Positions 1 to 7,988 of a stretch of DNA of 64,000 nt are shown here, piece by piece. Below the pieces are notes generated by a model that searched no databases, was not told where the DNA came from, and saw only the letters and a list, made by a program, of their open reading frames with translations. Each line of letters opens with the position of its first letter. Within the stretch, counting starts at the first letter, position 1. The DNA is from Escherichia phage NHEP1. Made by a program: the position numbers and the translations under genes. Where the stretch lies: the sequence record PQ511146.1; one strand, given 5' to 3'.

Positions 1-85
1 CTCATCTTAAAGCCCCCTTTTTCGCTTAGTTGAGACTAGTTTACTTTATTGATGGCCCTGGAGTCAAGGCCATCTAAAAATAAAC

Positions 86-490
86 TTAATAAGTTTTCAG
101 TACTTTACCGTCCAACCTGTCAAGCTGGATCTCAATAGCTGCAGAAAACCTATTGTACACCACGTCGCCCATGGAATCCAACCAGTCTATGACGTTATAC
201 ACCTGCTCTTTGTTCTTGCAGGTCCGGATCCGTTTCATGATGTAAGCCGGATCAATATTGGTACTTTCGTTGGTGTTCCCCTGTACCTGATTTGCCGTAT
301 TAGTTACATCTTTAATGGCCTTTACCACCACCTGGAAGGGCTTTAAGGTGCCTTTTGCGTTCATCTCACGCACTTTTGCGGCGCGGTTGTTATAGGTTAC
401 ACAACGGCGGCAAATGTTCACTAAGTGCATGTCAATAATTTTTTCATCGTTTGCCAGTTCGTTCATGATGCGGCGTACGTTCTTATTCAT
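86..490 (-). CDS. hypothetical protein (134 aa)
   Basis: ATG with AAGGA SD about 8 nt upstream; no recognisable motif. Confidence 0.6.
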   Translation of the reverse strand: MNKNVRRIMNELANDEKIIDMHLVNICRRCVTYNNRAAKVREMNAKGTLKPFQVVVKAIKDVTNTANQVQGNTNESTNIDPAYIMKRIRTCKNKEQVYNVIDWLDSMGDVVYNRFSAAIEIQLDRLDGKVLKTY

Positions 491-510
491 GATCTTTTTC
501 CTTTGTGTTG

Positions 511-533
511 GCGGGAAACATTCCCGCCTTTTG
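511..533. promoter_or_regulatory. GC-rich hairpin GGCGGGAA-aca-TTCCCGCC in 5'UTR of gene 86..490
   Basis: 8-bp inverted repeat seen in sequence; followed by T-rich tract on plus strand. Confidence 0.3.
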
Positions 534-538
534 TGATT

Positions 539-566
539 AGTTTACTTGAATTTTGCAGCGTGTCAA
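539..566 (-). promoter_or_regulatory. sigma70-like promoter (TTGACA-16-TAAACT)
   Basis: -35 consensus hexamer with acceptable -10 upstream of gene 86..490. Confidence 0.3.
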
Positions 567-572
567 CAATTT

Positions 573-971
573 TTATTCGTGGGCGCATGTTACAATGTGC
601 TTTTTATAGCCCAGGTGGTTAGCAAGTGCCGACAAAAACTCTTCTTCATAGATCCAGCCGTTGGCAGTGATCCCCATAGCATTTAATGCGCTCTCAAGTG
701 CTGCATTAGCTTTATCGTAACCGTGACCGCTCGCCTTCCCGCCAGTATAACCGTACTTATTGTTCTTGTTGTCGTGAATCCAAAAAACACAGTATTGAGT
801 GTTCCCGCTGGCGGCGGCATAATACCGGATCTCAGCTACTTCGTGCAAATTATTGTCATCGTCCAGGCCCACCAGATTATAAGCCTTGTAAAATCCACGA
901 TCACGGCGGCAGTTCTTGACATCAGAAAAAGAAAAGTCCGCATTATCAAAATTAAAGGTAGTGGTTTTCAT
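573..971 (-). CDS. hypothetical protein (132 aa)
   Basis: ATG with AAGAGGA SD 7 nt upstream. Confidence 0.6.
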   Translation of the reverse strand: MKTTTFNFDNADFSFSDVKNCRRDRGFYKAYNLVGLDDDNNLHEVAEIRYYAAASGNTQYCVFWIHDNKNNKYGYTGGKASGHGYDKANAALESALNAMGITANGWIYEEEFLSALANHLGYKKHIVTCAHE

Positions 972-1003
972 GATTTTATCCTCTTAGTGTCTTTTGTGCT
1001 TTT

Positions 1004-1032
1004 AGTGTATTTGGTGTCAGAATGTATGTCAA
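1004..1032 (-). promoter_or_regulatory. sigma70-like promoter (TTGACA-17-TACACT)
   Basis: consensus -35 with weak -10 upstream of gene 573..971. Confidence 0.3.
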
Positions 1033-1035
1033 TAC

Positions 1036-1233
1036 TTATTTTTTATTAAACCAGTGGTTGATCTGGCCTTTTGTCAGGGCGCAACGATTAAGCTGTTGCC
1101 GGGTGTAGCTCTGACCGCGACGGAATTTATAAAGGCCTTGCCCGTTGTTGATGGTTACGTCCACCTGGCAAATCATTTGATCGGTGACGGCCTGGCGAGT
1201 GTTGCGACGTACTTTAATTCCGTAGGCGTTCAT
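1036..1233 (-). CDS. hypothetical small basic protein (65 aa)
   Basis: ATG with GAGAGGA SD; R/K/Q-rich. Confidence 0.55.
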   Translation of the reverse strand: MNAYGIKVRRNTRQAVTDQMICQVDVTINNGQGLYKFRRGQSYTRQQLNRCALTKGQINHWFNKK

Positions 1234-1285
1234 GATTTTTATCCTCTCTGTTAATTAGTGTGGTGTTGTTCACCTTGCGAGGATA

Positions 1286-1313
1286 AGAATAACAGAACTA
1301 TCCGAGCTGTCAA
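1286..1313 (-). promoter_or_regulatory. sigma70-like promoter (TTGACA-16-TATTCT)
   Basis: consensus -35 upstream of gene 1036..1233. Confidence 0.3.
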
Positions 1314-1633
1314 CCATTAGTTAGAATTATTTTTTGGGCAGAATTCTCCAGCCGCCGCCACTGCCAGGTTAACCATCATTTTTTCGTACTCTTCTTTATG
1401 TTCCAACGCTCCCGCCATAGCCTTTTCAACCAGGGCGATAGCCTCAGCGTCATTAATCGCTACATTTTCCAGGGGGGATCCTATTACCTTTCATTTTTGT
1501 ACCTCTTCTTCAGTTGTTGCCTACCCTGCATAGGCCCACCAGGTTTGCAAGCCTTCATTCTCCCCTACCTGGTCAGTTAGGTCCTGCCAGGCTGGCCCCG
1601 CCAGGTTGCAACGGTTAGCGCATCAGGTTAGAA

Positions 1634-1647
1634 TTTTTTTTTTTTTT
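1634..1647 (+). repeat. homopolymeric T14 tract
   Basis: 14 consecutive T seen in sequence, immediately upstream of a TTGACA hexamer (possible UP element). Confidence 0.9.
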
Positions 1648-1654
1648 GAAAGTG

Positions 1655-1683
1655 TTGACAGCGGCCCCGCCAGGTGGCACAAT
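1655..1683 (+). promoter_or_regulatory. candidate plus-strand promoter (TTGACA-17-CACAAT) with upstream T-tract
   Basis: consensus -35, weak -10; no downstream ORF, would drive a non-coding transcript. Confidence 0.3.
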
Positions 1684-1754
1684 ATACCTATCGAAAGGAC
1701 GGCAGGCACCGGTGACGGGGGAGACAACCACCGGGGATGGGCGCTGCATAAAAT

Positions 1755-1773
1755 GAGAACGGTTATCATTATC
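1755..1773. promoter_or_regulatory. Fur-box-like site (GATAATGATAACCGTTCTC on minus strand)
   Basis: 11/11 contiguous match to the left half of the E. coli Fur consensus GATAATGATAATCATTATC, 16/19 overall. Confidence 0.35.
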
Positions 1774-1890
1774 ATTTAAAAATTTATGCAAAAAATCCTT
1801 GCTCTCTTTGTCCTGTGTGATACTATAATAACAAGCCGGGGCAACAGGGGCCGGGAGACAATCACCGGGGGTGCCTGTTATTCTGCAAAC

Positions 1891-1907
1891 GAGAATGATT
1901 ATCATTC
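1891..1907. promoter_or_regulatory. Fur-box-like perfect palindrome GAGAATGATTATCATTC
   Basis: 7-bp inverted repeat GAATGAT/ATCATTC; 14/19 to Fur consensus. Confidence 0.35.
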
Positions 1908-2029
1908 AAAATTCTAAATGAGAACTTCTCGCATTTCATAAATTTAATTAGCATGCTAATTACCTACCGTGACAATTCTATATAAAATAATACCTCCTTA
2001 AGTATTTCCATATACAAATTTTAAAAATC

Positions 2030-2210
2030 CATTTCCGAAAACGAAAAATCGCTTTCGTTCCCAAAAATTTCAGGTCGAGCGCCGGAACGATTTCCAGAAA
2101 ATCTGATTCAGAAAACGAAAAACAGATCGAGTACTGAGAAATTTATCGAGAAAAATTTTCAGAAAATTCAATCTTTGAAATGAAAAACAGATCGAGTACT
2201 GAGAGAGATG
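2030..2210. repeat. A-tract rich array with 23-bp perfect direct repeat GAAAAACAGATCGAGTACTGAGA (2117-2139 and 2182-2204)
   Basis: direct repeats 65 bp apart plus repeated GAAAACGAAAAA motifs; iteron-like. Confidence 0.6.
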
Positions 2211-2512
2211 TGCCTAAACTTCCTGATAATGATGGGCTTATTGTTATAAAAGGCCAGAAGTAAGTTGGGAAAGTTCTGGTAGATGGGTGAGAGTGTGTGC
2301 GGAAAATCTGGAACGGTGATTTGAAGTACGGTGCGAATGATAGAATGAGTAGCGCAGCTTATCGTGCCTGTCTTGAAAAAATCCATTTTAGTTTTCGATC
2401 CATTTTCTGATTTTCTAAGAATTTTAAAATATCCGACTAGGTAAAATATCAAAAGGAGGAAATCTATTTTAGAAACCCTCCTTATACTTGATGTGCCAGG
2501 GATTTTCAAGTA

Positions 2513-2842
2513 TCAACTATCTTTGTTTTTAGGCTTGTACATGCGTAGAGGTATAGTTTTTATAACACTCCATCTCCCCAGCCCTTCCCAGTTCCAGTTG
2601 TGGGCATGGTACCCGGTTATGCATGCACTGCTGGCGTGATCATAAGCATAAGAGAACGCTATGCGTAACAAACGAGGCCAGTCTTTCCATGGTTGTGGTC
2701 CGTAAGCTTTTCTCCAACACCGACACAAACTAAATGTCTCAAGAATAGGCAGGATAACAAATCCATACACCGCCACCAGAATGGTCAGCGCAATGATTGT
2801 CAGGAATACATACCCTGCAGTTGAAATAATGATCTCTGTCAT
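2513..2842 (-). CDS. hypothetical membrane protein (109 aa)
   Basis: ATG with AGGGGA SD; hydrophobic N-terminal helix; ATGA overlap with upstream gene. Confidence 0.55.
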   Translation of the reverse strand: MTEIIISTAGYVFLTIIALTILVAVYGFVILPILETFSLCRCWRKAYGPQPWKDWPRLLRIAFSYAYDHASSACITGYHAHNWNWEGLGRWSVIKTIPLRMYKPKNKDS

Positions 2843-3036
2843 TTGTCATCCCCTTTCTTACGGATATAGATGTGAGAGCCTGCTTGTACATAAATTTCCC
2901 GACCATCTTCTGCAAAGATGTGGAATACACGGTCACCTTCGTATTCAATACGAGATATCTTCATAACGGTCTTCCCACCCGGAATGCGGATCTCATCGCC
3001 TACAGCAATGTTCCATGCAGATTTAAGCTTAAACAT
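2839..3036 (-). CDS. hypothetical protein (65 aa)
   Basis: ATG 6 nt after AAGGAGG; track start GTG at 3042 sits directly on the SD. Confidence 0.55.
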   Translation of the reverse strand: MFKLKSAWNIAVGDEIRIPGGKTVMKISRIEYEGDRVFHIFAEDGREIYVQAGSHIYIRKKGDDK

Positions 3037-3274
3037 CGTCACCCTCCTTTGGGAACTTGAACTCTGGCATAGCCATATACGCTACAACAGGGTTGTGATC
3101 AAAGTAGAACTGACCATTAATTATCCCAGTTTTTTGCACATAGTCACCAGATCCTGCAAGAACAACCTCGCAAGCTCCGAAATCTACATTGCCATTCTCG
3201 TCAGCCATGGCTACGATATACTTTCCGAGAGGCATGTTTTTAACGCCGTCTACAAATGTCCACCCTTTGTTCAT
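3029..3274 (-). CDS. hypothetical protein (81 aa)
   Basis: ATG with GGAGA SD. Confidence 0.6.
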   Translation of the reverse strand: MNKGWTFVDGVKNMPLGKYIVAMADENGNVDFGACEVVLAGSGDYVQKTGIINGQFYFDHNPVVAYMAMPEFKFPKEGDDV

Positions 3275-3294
3275 ACTTTATCTCCTGCACTTTC

Positions 3295-3627
3295 TTAAGG
3301 TAACCAGTAAACAATCTCGCCTTTCAGTTCCATACCATTACCTACATAAATTTGCCAGCCATCCATCTTAGCTGCTGCAGGAGTAAAATCTTCAGAGCCT
3401 CTAACCTCTTTCCATGAGCCATAGTCTGGCTGCCAGATATAAAATCCACCTTCTTTGTCCCATGCGCAATACACCACGTTCAACCAGTTACCCATTGCAA
3501 CAATGGTGGGCCGTGGGAATAATACATCTACAGATGCGCAGCAATATCGGGTATCTTTTAAATTGCAATCCCAAAAGATGTCTGCCAGTGTGGCGGCGAT
3601 AGCTTTACGTCTTTCTAATGTTACCAT
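3295..3627 (-). CDS. hypothetical protein (110 aa)
   Basis: ATG start; operon context. Confidence 0.55.
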   Translation of the reverse strand: MVTLERRKAIAATLADIFWDCNLKDTRYCCASVDVLFPRPTIVAMGNWLNVVYCAWDKEGGFYIWQPDYGSWKEVRGSEDFTPAAAKMDGWQIYVGNGMELKGEIVYWLP

Positions 3628-3637
3628 GGTACGATAC

Positions 3638-3829
3638 TCACTTGTTGTTAAGAAGTTCTAAAACTTTCTGTTTTACTTTATCAAGATCTGTTGATTCAAA
3701 AACTGTGCGATATCCCCAACTTTGCCCATAGGAATGACTGCAATCACCGTAACACCATTGCTCAACCTGATAGTATTCAAGGAATGGGTGCTGTCTAACT
3801 ATGATACCGTCTCGATTAAAAATTACCAT
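3638..3829 (-). CDS. hypothetical protein (63 aa)
   Basis: ATG with GAGAGGGA SD. Confidence 0.55.
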   Translation of the reverse strand: MVIFNRDGIIVRQHPFLEYYQVEQWCYGDCSHSYGQSWGYRTVFESTDLDKVKQKVLELLNNK

Positions 3830-3860
3830 AATTTATCCCTCTCTGCTAGTTTATGTTTAT

Positions 3861-3888
3861 ATTATATACCGCAGTTTTCAGATGTCAA
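3861..3888 (-). promoter_or_regulatory. sigma70-like promoter (TTGACA-16-TATAAT)
   Basis: both hexamers consensus; intergenic, upstream of gene 3638..3829. Confidence 0.5.
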
Positions 3889-3892
3889 CCTT

Positions 3893-4087
3893 TTACAGGT
3901 TACTCCAGTATACTCGGCATTTACACTTCGGGCAATGAGGTTCTTTTATGTAATAACCGTCAGTCTTTGGAACACTTTTTGGTGCAGTTTTAAGATTGTA
4001 CCGAGTAAAGCAACGGAAGCAGGTTACCTCTCCTACCTGTTGATCGTTTATCCACTCGCCAGAGTAAAGCTCTTTCTTGTTTCTCAT
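3893..4087 (-). CDS. zinc-ribbon protein (64 aa)
   Basis: ATG with GGGGAGA SD; CxxC...CxxC; track GTG extension to 4144 is less likely. Confidence 0.5.
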   Translation of the reverse strand: MRNKKELYSGEWINDQQVGEVTCFRCFTRYNLKTAPKSVPKTDGYYIKEPHCPKCKCRVYWSNL

Positions 4088-4089
4088 AA

Positions 4090-4284
4090 TTATCTCCCCA
4101 AGCCTCTGCAATCTTCTACCAGAATCTCCAGCCAGAAAGCACACGGGAACACTTTGATGATTGAATCTTCACTCGGCTCGGAAGTTCTTTTTCCGTAGGG
4201 CAGGTAGAAATACCCTCCTGCAGATTCAAACATGGCTCCTTCTGTTGTATCTATCACAGCTAGAATTAAGATTTTAGTCTCCAT
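4090..4284 (-). CDS. hypothetical protein (64 aa)
   Basis: ATG with GGGGAG SD. Confidence 0.5.
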   Translation of the reverse strand: METKILILAVIDTTEGAMFESAGGYFYLPYGKRTSEPSEDSIIKVFPCAFWLEILVEDCRGLGR

Positions 4285-4313
4285 AGTGCTCCCCTGTCTT
4301 AATCGTTGTGGTG

Positions 4314-4342
4314 ACTATACCACCTTAAAATATAGCTGTCAA
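4314..4342 (-). promoter_or_regulatory. sigma70-like promoter (TTGACA-17-TATAGT)
   Basis: consensus -35 and 5/6 -10 upstream of gene 4090..4284. Confidence 0.5.
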
Positions 4343-4797
4343 CACTCTTTGTACTCCACCACGATAATATCTATATCAAAAGTGGCAAGGTTAATAATGT
4401 CCTCTACATGTTCCCACTTCAAACCGCCTATGCCGCACCCGATCTTAGGGATGTAGAATGGTAAAATCGACCCCTCAAATACTTCATTGACTCGCTCAAA
4501 TCCTTTCAGTATTGAGAAATATTCAGCATTAGGCCCTGGGTAGAACTGAGTATACAGATTTATTCCGTAGACAATACCTCTCGGAGATAAGTGCTCCCAG
4601 CGGGAGAACGCGCCCAGTTTACTTAGGCAACCGTGCATAGTCATTTTATCAGCTTCCAATGCTTGAGGGAACTCACGGGCAATCTGTTTTGCTACACCCT
4701 TACCCATTGTGTGGAAGCAGTTACAACCGTGGATCAGGTGACCATCACCGCTCTTAAAAAGGGAGATTAAATCTCCCTCTACAGTATCAATAATCAC
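4339..4797 (-). CDS. macro-domain (ADP-ribose binding/processing) protein
   Basis: IVIIDTVEGDL...HGCNCFHTMGKGVAKQI fits macro-domain N(x5)GxGVAxxI pattern; likely GTG start at 4797 after AGGAG, overlapping upstream stop; track ATG at 4878 lacks an SD. Confidence 0.5.
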   Translation of the reverse strand: MIIDTVEGDLISLFKSGDGHLIHGCNCFHTMGKGVAKQIAREFPQALEADKMTMHGCLSKLGAFSRWEHLSPRGIVYGINLYTQFYPGPNAEYFSILKGFERVNEVFEGSILPFYIPKIGCGIGGLKWEHVEDIINLATFDIDIIVVEYKEC

Positions 4798-5212
4798 GAT
4801 ATTCCAGCTCCTCTTCCACAATTTCAAAAAACTCAGTCCAGCACTGTGGCATATTGGAGTTACCGAAGTGGCTTTCATAGTAAAGGTTTTTACCGCTCGG
4901 AAGATAAAAATCTGTTACCTCATAAAATCCACAATCGTCGCACTCTCCCTCTTCAAACTTGGCCTTAACCTTAATGCCGAGGAAGGTGAAAAGTTTATGG
5001 ATATCTTCGGTCTCGAACTCCCAATTAATGTTGTTTTCCGCATCGGTGTAAAACTGGATCAGTAGGCCATCATCCATTTTTCCAAAATATTCTGTGAAGT
5101 AGCTTCCTTCCCAGAAGTCTTTGTGACAAATAATATCCATGCGCTTGCCCATAATAAAGGTGTGGGCGTTTCGTGCATCGTCACGAATCAGTTTTGGCAT
5201 TTCATAAATCAT
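4787..5212 (-). CDS. hypothetical protein (141 aa)
   Basis: ATG start; operon context. Confidence 0.6.
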   Translation of the reverse strand: MIYEMPKLIRDDARNAHTFIMGKRMDIICHKDFWEGSYFTEYFGKMDDGLLIQFYTDAENNINWEFETEDIHKLFTFLGIKVKAKFEEGECDDCGFYEVTDFYLPSGKNLYYESHFGNSNMPQCWTEFFEIVEEELEYRDY

Positions 5213-5277
5213 CGTAGTTCTCCAGGATCAATAGGTGGTGCTACAGGAAGATCATAAAACATGGCGATCACATTCTC

Positions 5278-5475
5278 TTACGCAGGGATTGCTTCAAACA
5301 GGCCGTTATCGATACCATCCTTCAAGTAAAGATTATACTCTATGTCAGTATCTGTGTAAAGGGCAGCATCTAGCATTCTATCTGTTAGTCCATCCATTGG
5401 GTGGAGAAACCACCACCCACGCCAGTCAAAGTAACAACCTGGTGCATCTTCTCTCACACGGATTCGATAAATCAT
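5278..5475 (-). CDS. hypothetical protein (65 aa)
   Basis: ATG with AGGAGG SD. Confidence 0.45.
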   Translation of the reverse strand: MIYRIRVREDAPGCYFDWRGWWFLHPMDGLTDRMLDAALYTDTDIEYNLYLKDGIDNGLFEAIPA

Positions 5476-5571
5476 GGGCAGTGGCCTCCTGTTAGTTACA
5501 CATCCCAGTTTTCTTCGTTCATTACATCCTCCAGCTCAACAAGGTTATAATTGCACACCTTACAACCCGTG

Positions 5572-5988
5572 TCAACAGAAAACTTCAACAAATTCTTCCA
5601 CAGTTTTAATGTCGTGGGAAAAAGGTTTGCGGCTATAACGGGCAATAGCACTGTCAACCACCGCCCGGTACTCCAAATCTTCAGAATATTTCATGAAGCA
5701 TTGCAACGTCTCTGGACAGATAGCCAGATAGCTCCACCACCCCTCTTCAGATTGGTAGTCAAATCCCATACTCTCTAGCCACGAAGCGTATACACCTGCA
5801 CCTTCCAGCCAGTGAGTATTTTCATCAAGGAACTTGTTCACAGTCATGTGAGCTTCTAAGCATTTATCCAACTCTTTTCCGTTAACCAGCCACGCACTGA
5901 CAGTGGCGCATCCAAGGTCCACAGATTGGGTTGATAGATTGTATTGGTCATAGTTCTCAGGTTTAACAATGATATCTTCTAATGTCAT
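5572..5988 (-). CDS. hypothetical protein (138 aa)
   Basis: ATG with AGAGAGGA SD 7 nt upstream. Confidence 0.6.
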   Translation of the reverse strand: MTLEDIIVKPENYDQYNLSTQSVDLGCATVSAWLVNGKELDKCLEAHMTVNKFLDENTHWLEGAGVYASWLESMGFDYQSEEGWWSYLAICPETLQCFMKYSEDLEYRAVVDSAIARYSRKPFSHDIKTVEEFVEVFC

Positions 5989-6005
5989 TTTTCAGTCCTC
6001 TCTAT

Positions 6006-6035
6006 ACAAAAATGCCCCACCCTTTCGGGCAGGGC
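6006..6035 (-). terminator. rho-independent terminator (GCCCUGCCC-GAAA-GGGUGGGGC + U-run)
   Basis: 9-bp stem with GNRA tetraloop followed by AUUUUUG on minus strand, just downstream of gene 6051..7277. Confidence 0.6.
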
Positions 6036-6050
6036 TATGTTGACTAGATG

Positions 6051-7277
6051 TTAAAAAGGTATGTCATCATCAAAGGCGTACTGTGCCGGATTCTGATCCA
6101 TCGGGTCGTCTTCCGCATCATCTACAGGAGGAGCGTCTACAGTGTTTTGCTGTGGGGCGGCTTCCTGTTTGGCAGCTTGAGGCTCTTGATGGTCAGTGAC
6201 TCCAGCACCGTTCTTGATCCAATCATACAACGGTTCAGCAAGATTAGTCAAGACATCTTTTGCCTCTGCAGTAATTGCTACTGCAAAATCATCAACTTTC
6301 GTTTTCTTGTCAATACGGCGACAAGCGTTCAATACCGCATTACCAACACTGGCACCTACTTCATCTTCAGTTCGGTTAGTGGCTTGAGCGTACTCTTTCT
6401 TAAGCTCGATGGTGACCACGTGCAGTGTTTTAGCCACATCTAAAGGACTGTCAATCTTAAACCCGCGATCCAGGATGATCTGCAATGCATTGATACTGTG
6501 CCCTGTCTCTACACCGATGGGGTCGTAAGAGGATTTACGCTTACCACCAGAACCTTGTGTACCGTTCTCTGCTTTAGGCGGGTAGGCCTTGAAGCCGCTG
6601 ATAATATTCCCGGTGTCTTTGTCAACAATAGCTGCAACACGACCACCTACCACCAGGTCTTTAAGCTGCTCATCAGAGACAACCATAGCACCTTCACCAA
6701 TCTTGTGATCATTGACAGTAACCACGTTGCCAACAATCTGAGTCACATCGCCATAGATGCGTAAAACGTCCTGATTGGCATTCTGCTGAGGTTTCTGCTT
6801 CTGGCCTTGTGATTGTGCACCTTGTTGCTGTTTTTGCTGCTGAGTCGCTGCTGGAGCCTCTCCTGCACCCAGCTTGACCATCTTAGCCAGGGAGCCTTTG
6901 TAATAGATCTTACCGTTATGCTCGTTTGCCTTCAAAGGGATATTTACGATCCATCCTGGCGTTACAGTTTCCCACTTGTCATCAATTTTAACAGAGACAG
7001 AGTCTTGATGACCCGGTTTAAGCAGCTTATCACCCATACTGATCCAAACTTCTTCACCACCTTGAAGCAGGTTATCAGAGGAATCCAGTTCAGAAATCAG
7101 TAAAGAGATGGTGTGGCTGGATTCAATTTTCTTACCTTGCCACACAGTGGTTTTAATACCTGTTGTAGGATCAGCACCTTTGATAGGCTTGATGCTGACA
7201 CGTTTAATCATGCCGTGAGCCAGTAAAACAGTTTCACGCGGATTCATCGGGTTAGCGAATTGTTGAATAACGCTCAT
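6051..7277 (-). CDS. putative ssDNA-binding / replication accessory protein with SSB-type C-terminal tip
   Basis: 408 aa; Q/G-rich low-complexity linker; ends ...QYAFDDDIPF, matching the E. coli SSB tip (DDDIPF); N-terminal fold not identified. Confidence 0.45.
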   Translation of the reverse strand: MSVIQQFANPMNPRETVLLAHGMIKRVSIKPIKGADPTTGIKTTVWQGKKIESSHTISLLISELDSSDNLLQGGEEVWISMGDKLLKPGHQDSVSVKIDDKWETVTPGWIVNIPLKANEHNGKIYYKGSLAKMVKLGAGEAPAATQQQKQQQGAQSQGQKQKPQQNANQDVLRIYGDVTQIVGNVVTVNDHKIGEGAMVVSDEQLKDLVVGGRVAAIVDKDTGNIISGFKAYPPKAENGTQGSGGKRKSSYDPIGVETGHSINALQIILDRGFKIDSPLDVAKTLHVVTIELKKEYAQATNRTEDEVGASVGNAVLNACRRIDKKTKVDDFAVAITAEAKDVLTNLAEPLYDWIKNGAGVTDHQEPQAAKQEAAPQQNTVDAPPVDDAEDDPMDQNPAQYAFDDDIPF

Positions 7278-7642
7278 TATTTATCTCCTTGTTCTTCGTT
7301 AGTGTTTGCCGTGTGTGCAAACCCTGCTTGAATTAATTTGTCCTGAACTTGAGCCAACAGGCCCATTGCAAAACTTGTGGTCCCAGAGAGGGCCATCAGC
7401 ATATCTCGTTGTTGAGCTACCCAACCTAAGGCATAGTCCAAACGACGATATTTTTCTTCTTCACGCAGAGCCTGGAATAATTGTTCAGCCTCTGGCTGTT
7501 GTGTAAGCTCCTGAAGTCTTCCCATGAAAGAAGAAAGCACTAGCAGAAGAGACACTTGATCTTTACTTAACCCTAAGAAAAATTCTTGAGGTTGTTCTTG
7601 CTCGTTCATCGCAACCGACGCTTGATCGTTCATTTGTTCCAT
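7277..7642 (-). CDS. hypothetical protein (121 aa)
   Basis: ATG 8 nt after GGAG; track TTG extension to 7753 covers hairpin and promoter-like sequence. Confidence 0.5.
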   Translation of the reverse strand: MEQMNDQASVAMNEQEQPQEFFLGLSKDQVSLLLVLSSFMGRLQELTQQPEAEQLFQALREEEKYRRLDYALGWVAQQRDMLMALSGTTSFAMGLLAQVQDKLIQAGFAHTANTNEEQGDK

Positions 7643-7686
7643 TATGGAATCTCCGATTTTATTTGAACAACATAGAAGGAGACACC

Positions 7687-7715
7687 ATTTTAGCATCTCC
7701 TTCTGCAAATTACAA
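7687..7715 (-). promoter_or_regulatory. candidate promoter (TTGTAA-17-TAAAAT) overlapping an inverted repeat
   Basis: hexamers derived from minus-strand reading; GAAGGAGA/TCTCCTTC inverted repeat overlaps. Confidence 0.3.
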
Positions 7716-7725
7716 CAGGTATTTG

Positions 7726-7971
7726 TTAGCCAATTACTTCGAAAGTACCCCAACTCCCGTTCAGCAGGCAGGTGATCGGATCACCATCATCGTCAATTAT
7801 TTCAAAGTTTTCAACATCCAGAATATGGTCATCGAACACAATGCTCTTATCGCCACCACCAGAAATAACAGCGTATTCCTTACCTTGTGTTAGGTTCTGG
7901 CAACCTTTGCCGCCGAAACCAACTTCAACACAACGTACTTTCTGTCCTGCGCGAGCAACTACTCCAGCCAT
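7726..7971 (-). CDS. hypothetical protein (81 aa)
   Basis: ATG start; operon context. Confidence 0.55.
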   Translation of the reverse strand: MAGVVARAGQKVRCVEVGFGGKGCQNLTQGKEYAVISGGGDKSIVFDDHILDVENFEIIDDDGDPITCLLNGSWGTFEVIG

Positions 7972-7988
7972 CTTAAGGTCTCCTGATA

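Larger units (their letters stand above)
1689..1925. repeat. two tandem ~115-bp units sharing GGGAGACAAYCACCGGGG and a Fur-box-like palindrome
   Basis: unit 1 about 1689-1790, unit 2 about 1825-1925; conserved cores seen by eye. Confidence 0.6.

Noticed and set aside
1615-1905. 96-aa minus-strand ORF covering the T14 tract and Fur-box-like units
   Set aside because: Would encode a poly-Lys run from the homopolymer and overlaps the tandem non-coding units; no SD.
2030-2210. Possible CRISPR array suggested by direct repeats
   Set aside because: Only two copies of the 23-bp repeat, irregular spacing, AT-rich with no adjacent cas genes; interpreted as iteron-like sites.
2168-2509. 113-aa minus-strand ORF spanning the repeat region
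   Set aside because: TTG start, covers the direct repeats and A-tracts, low-complexity translation; more likely non-coding regulatory DNA.
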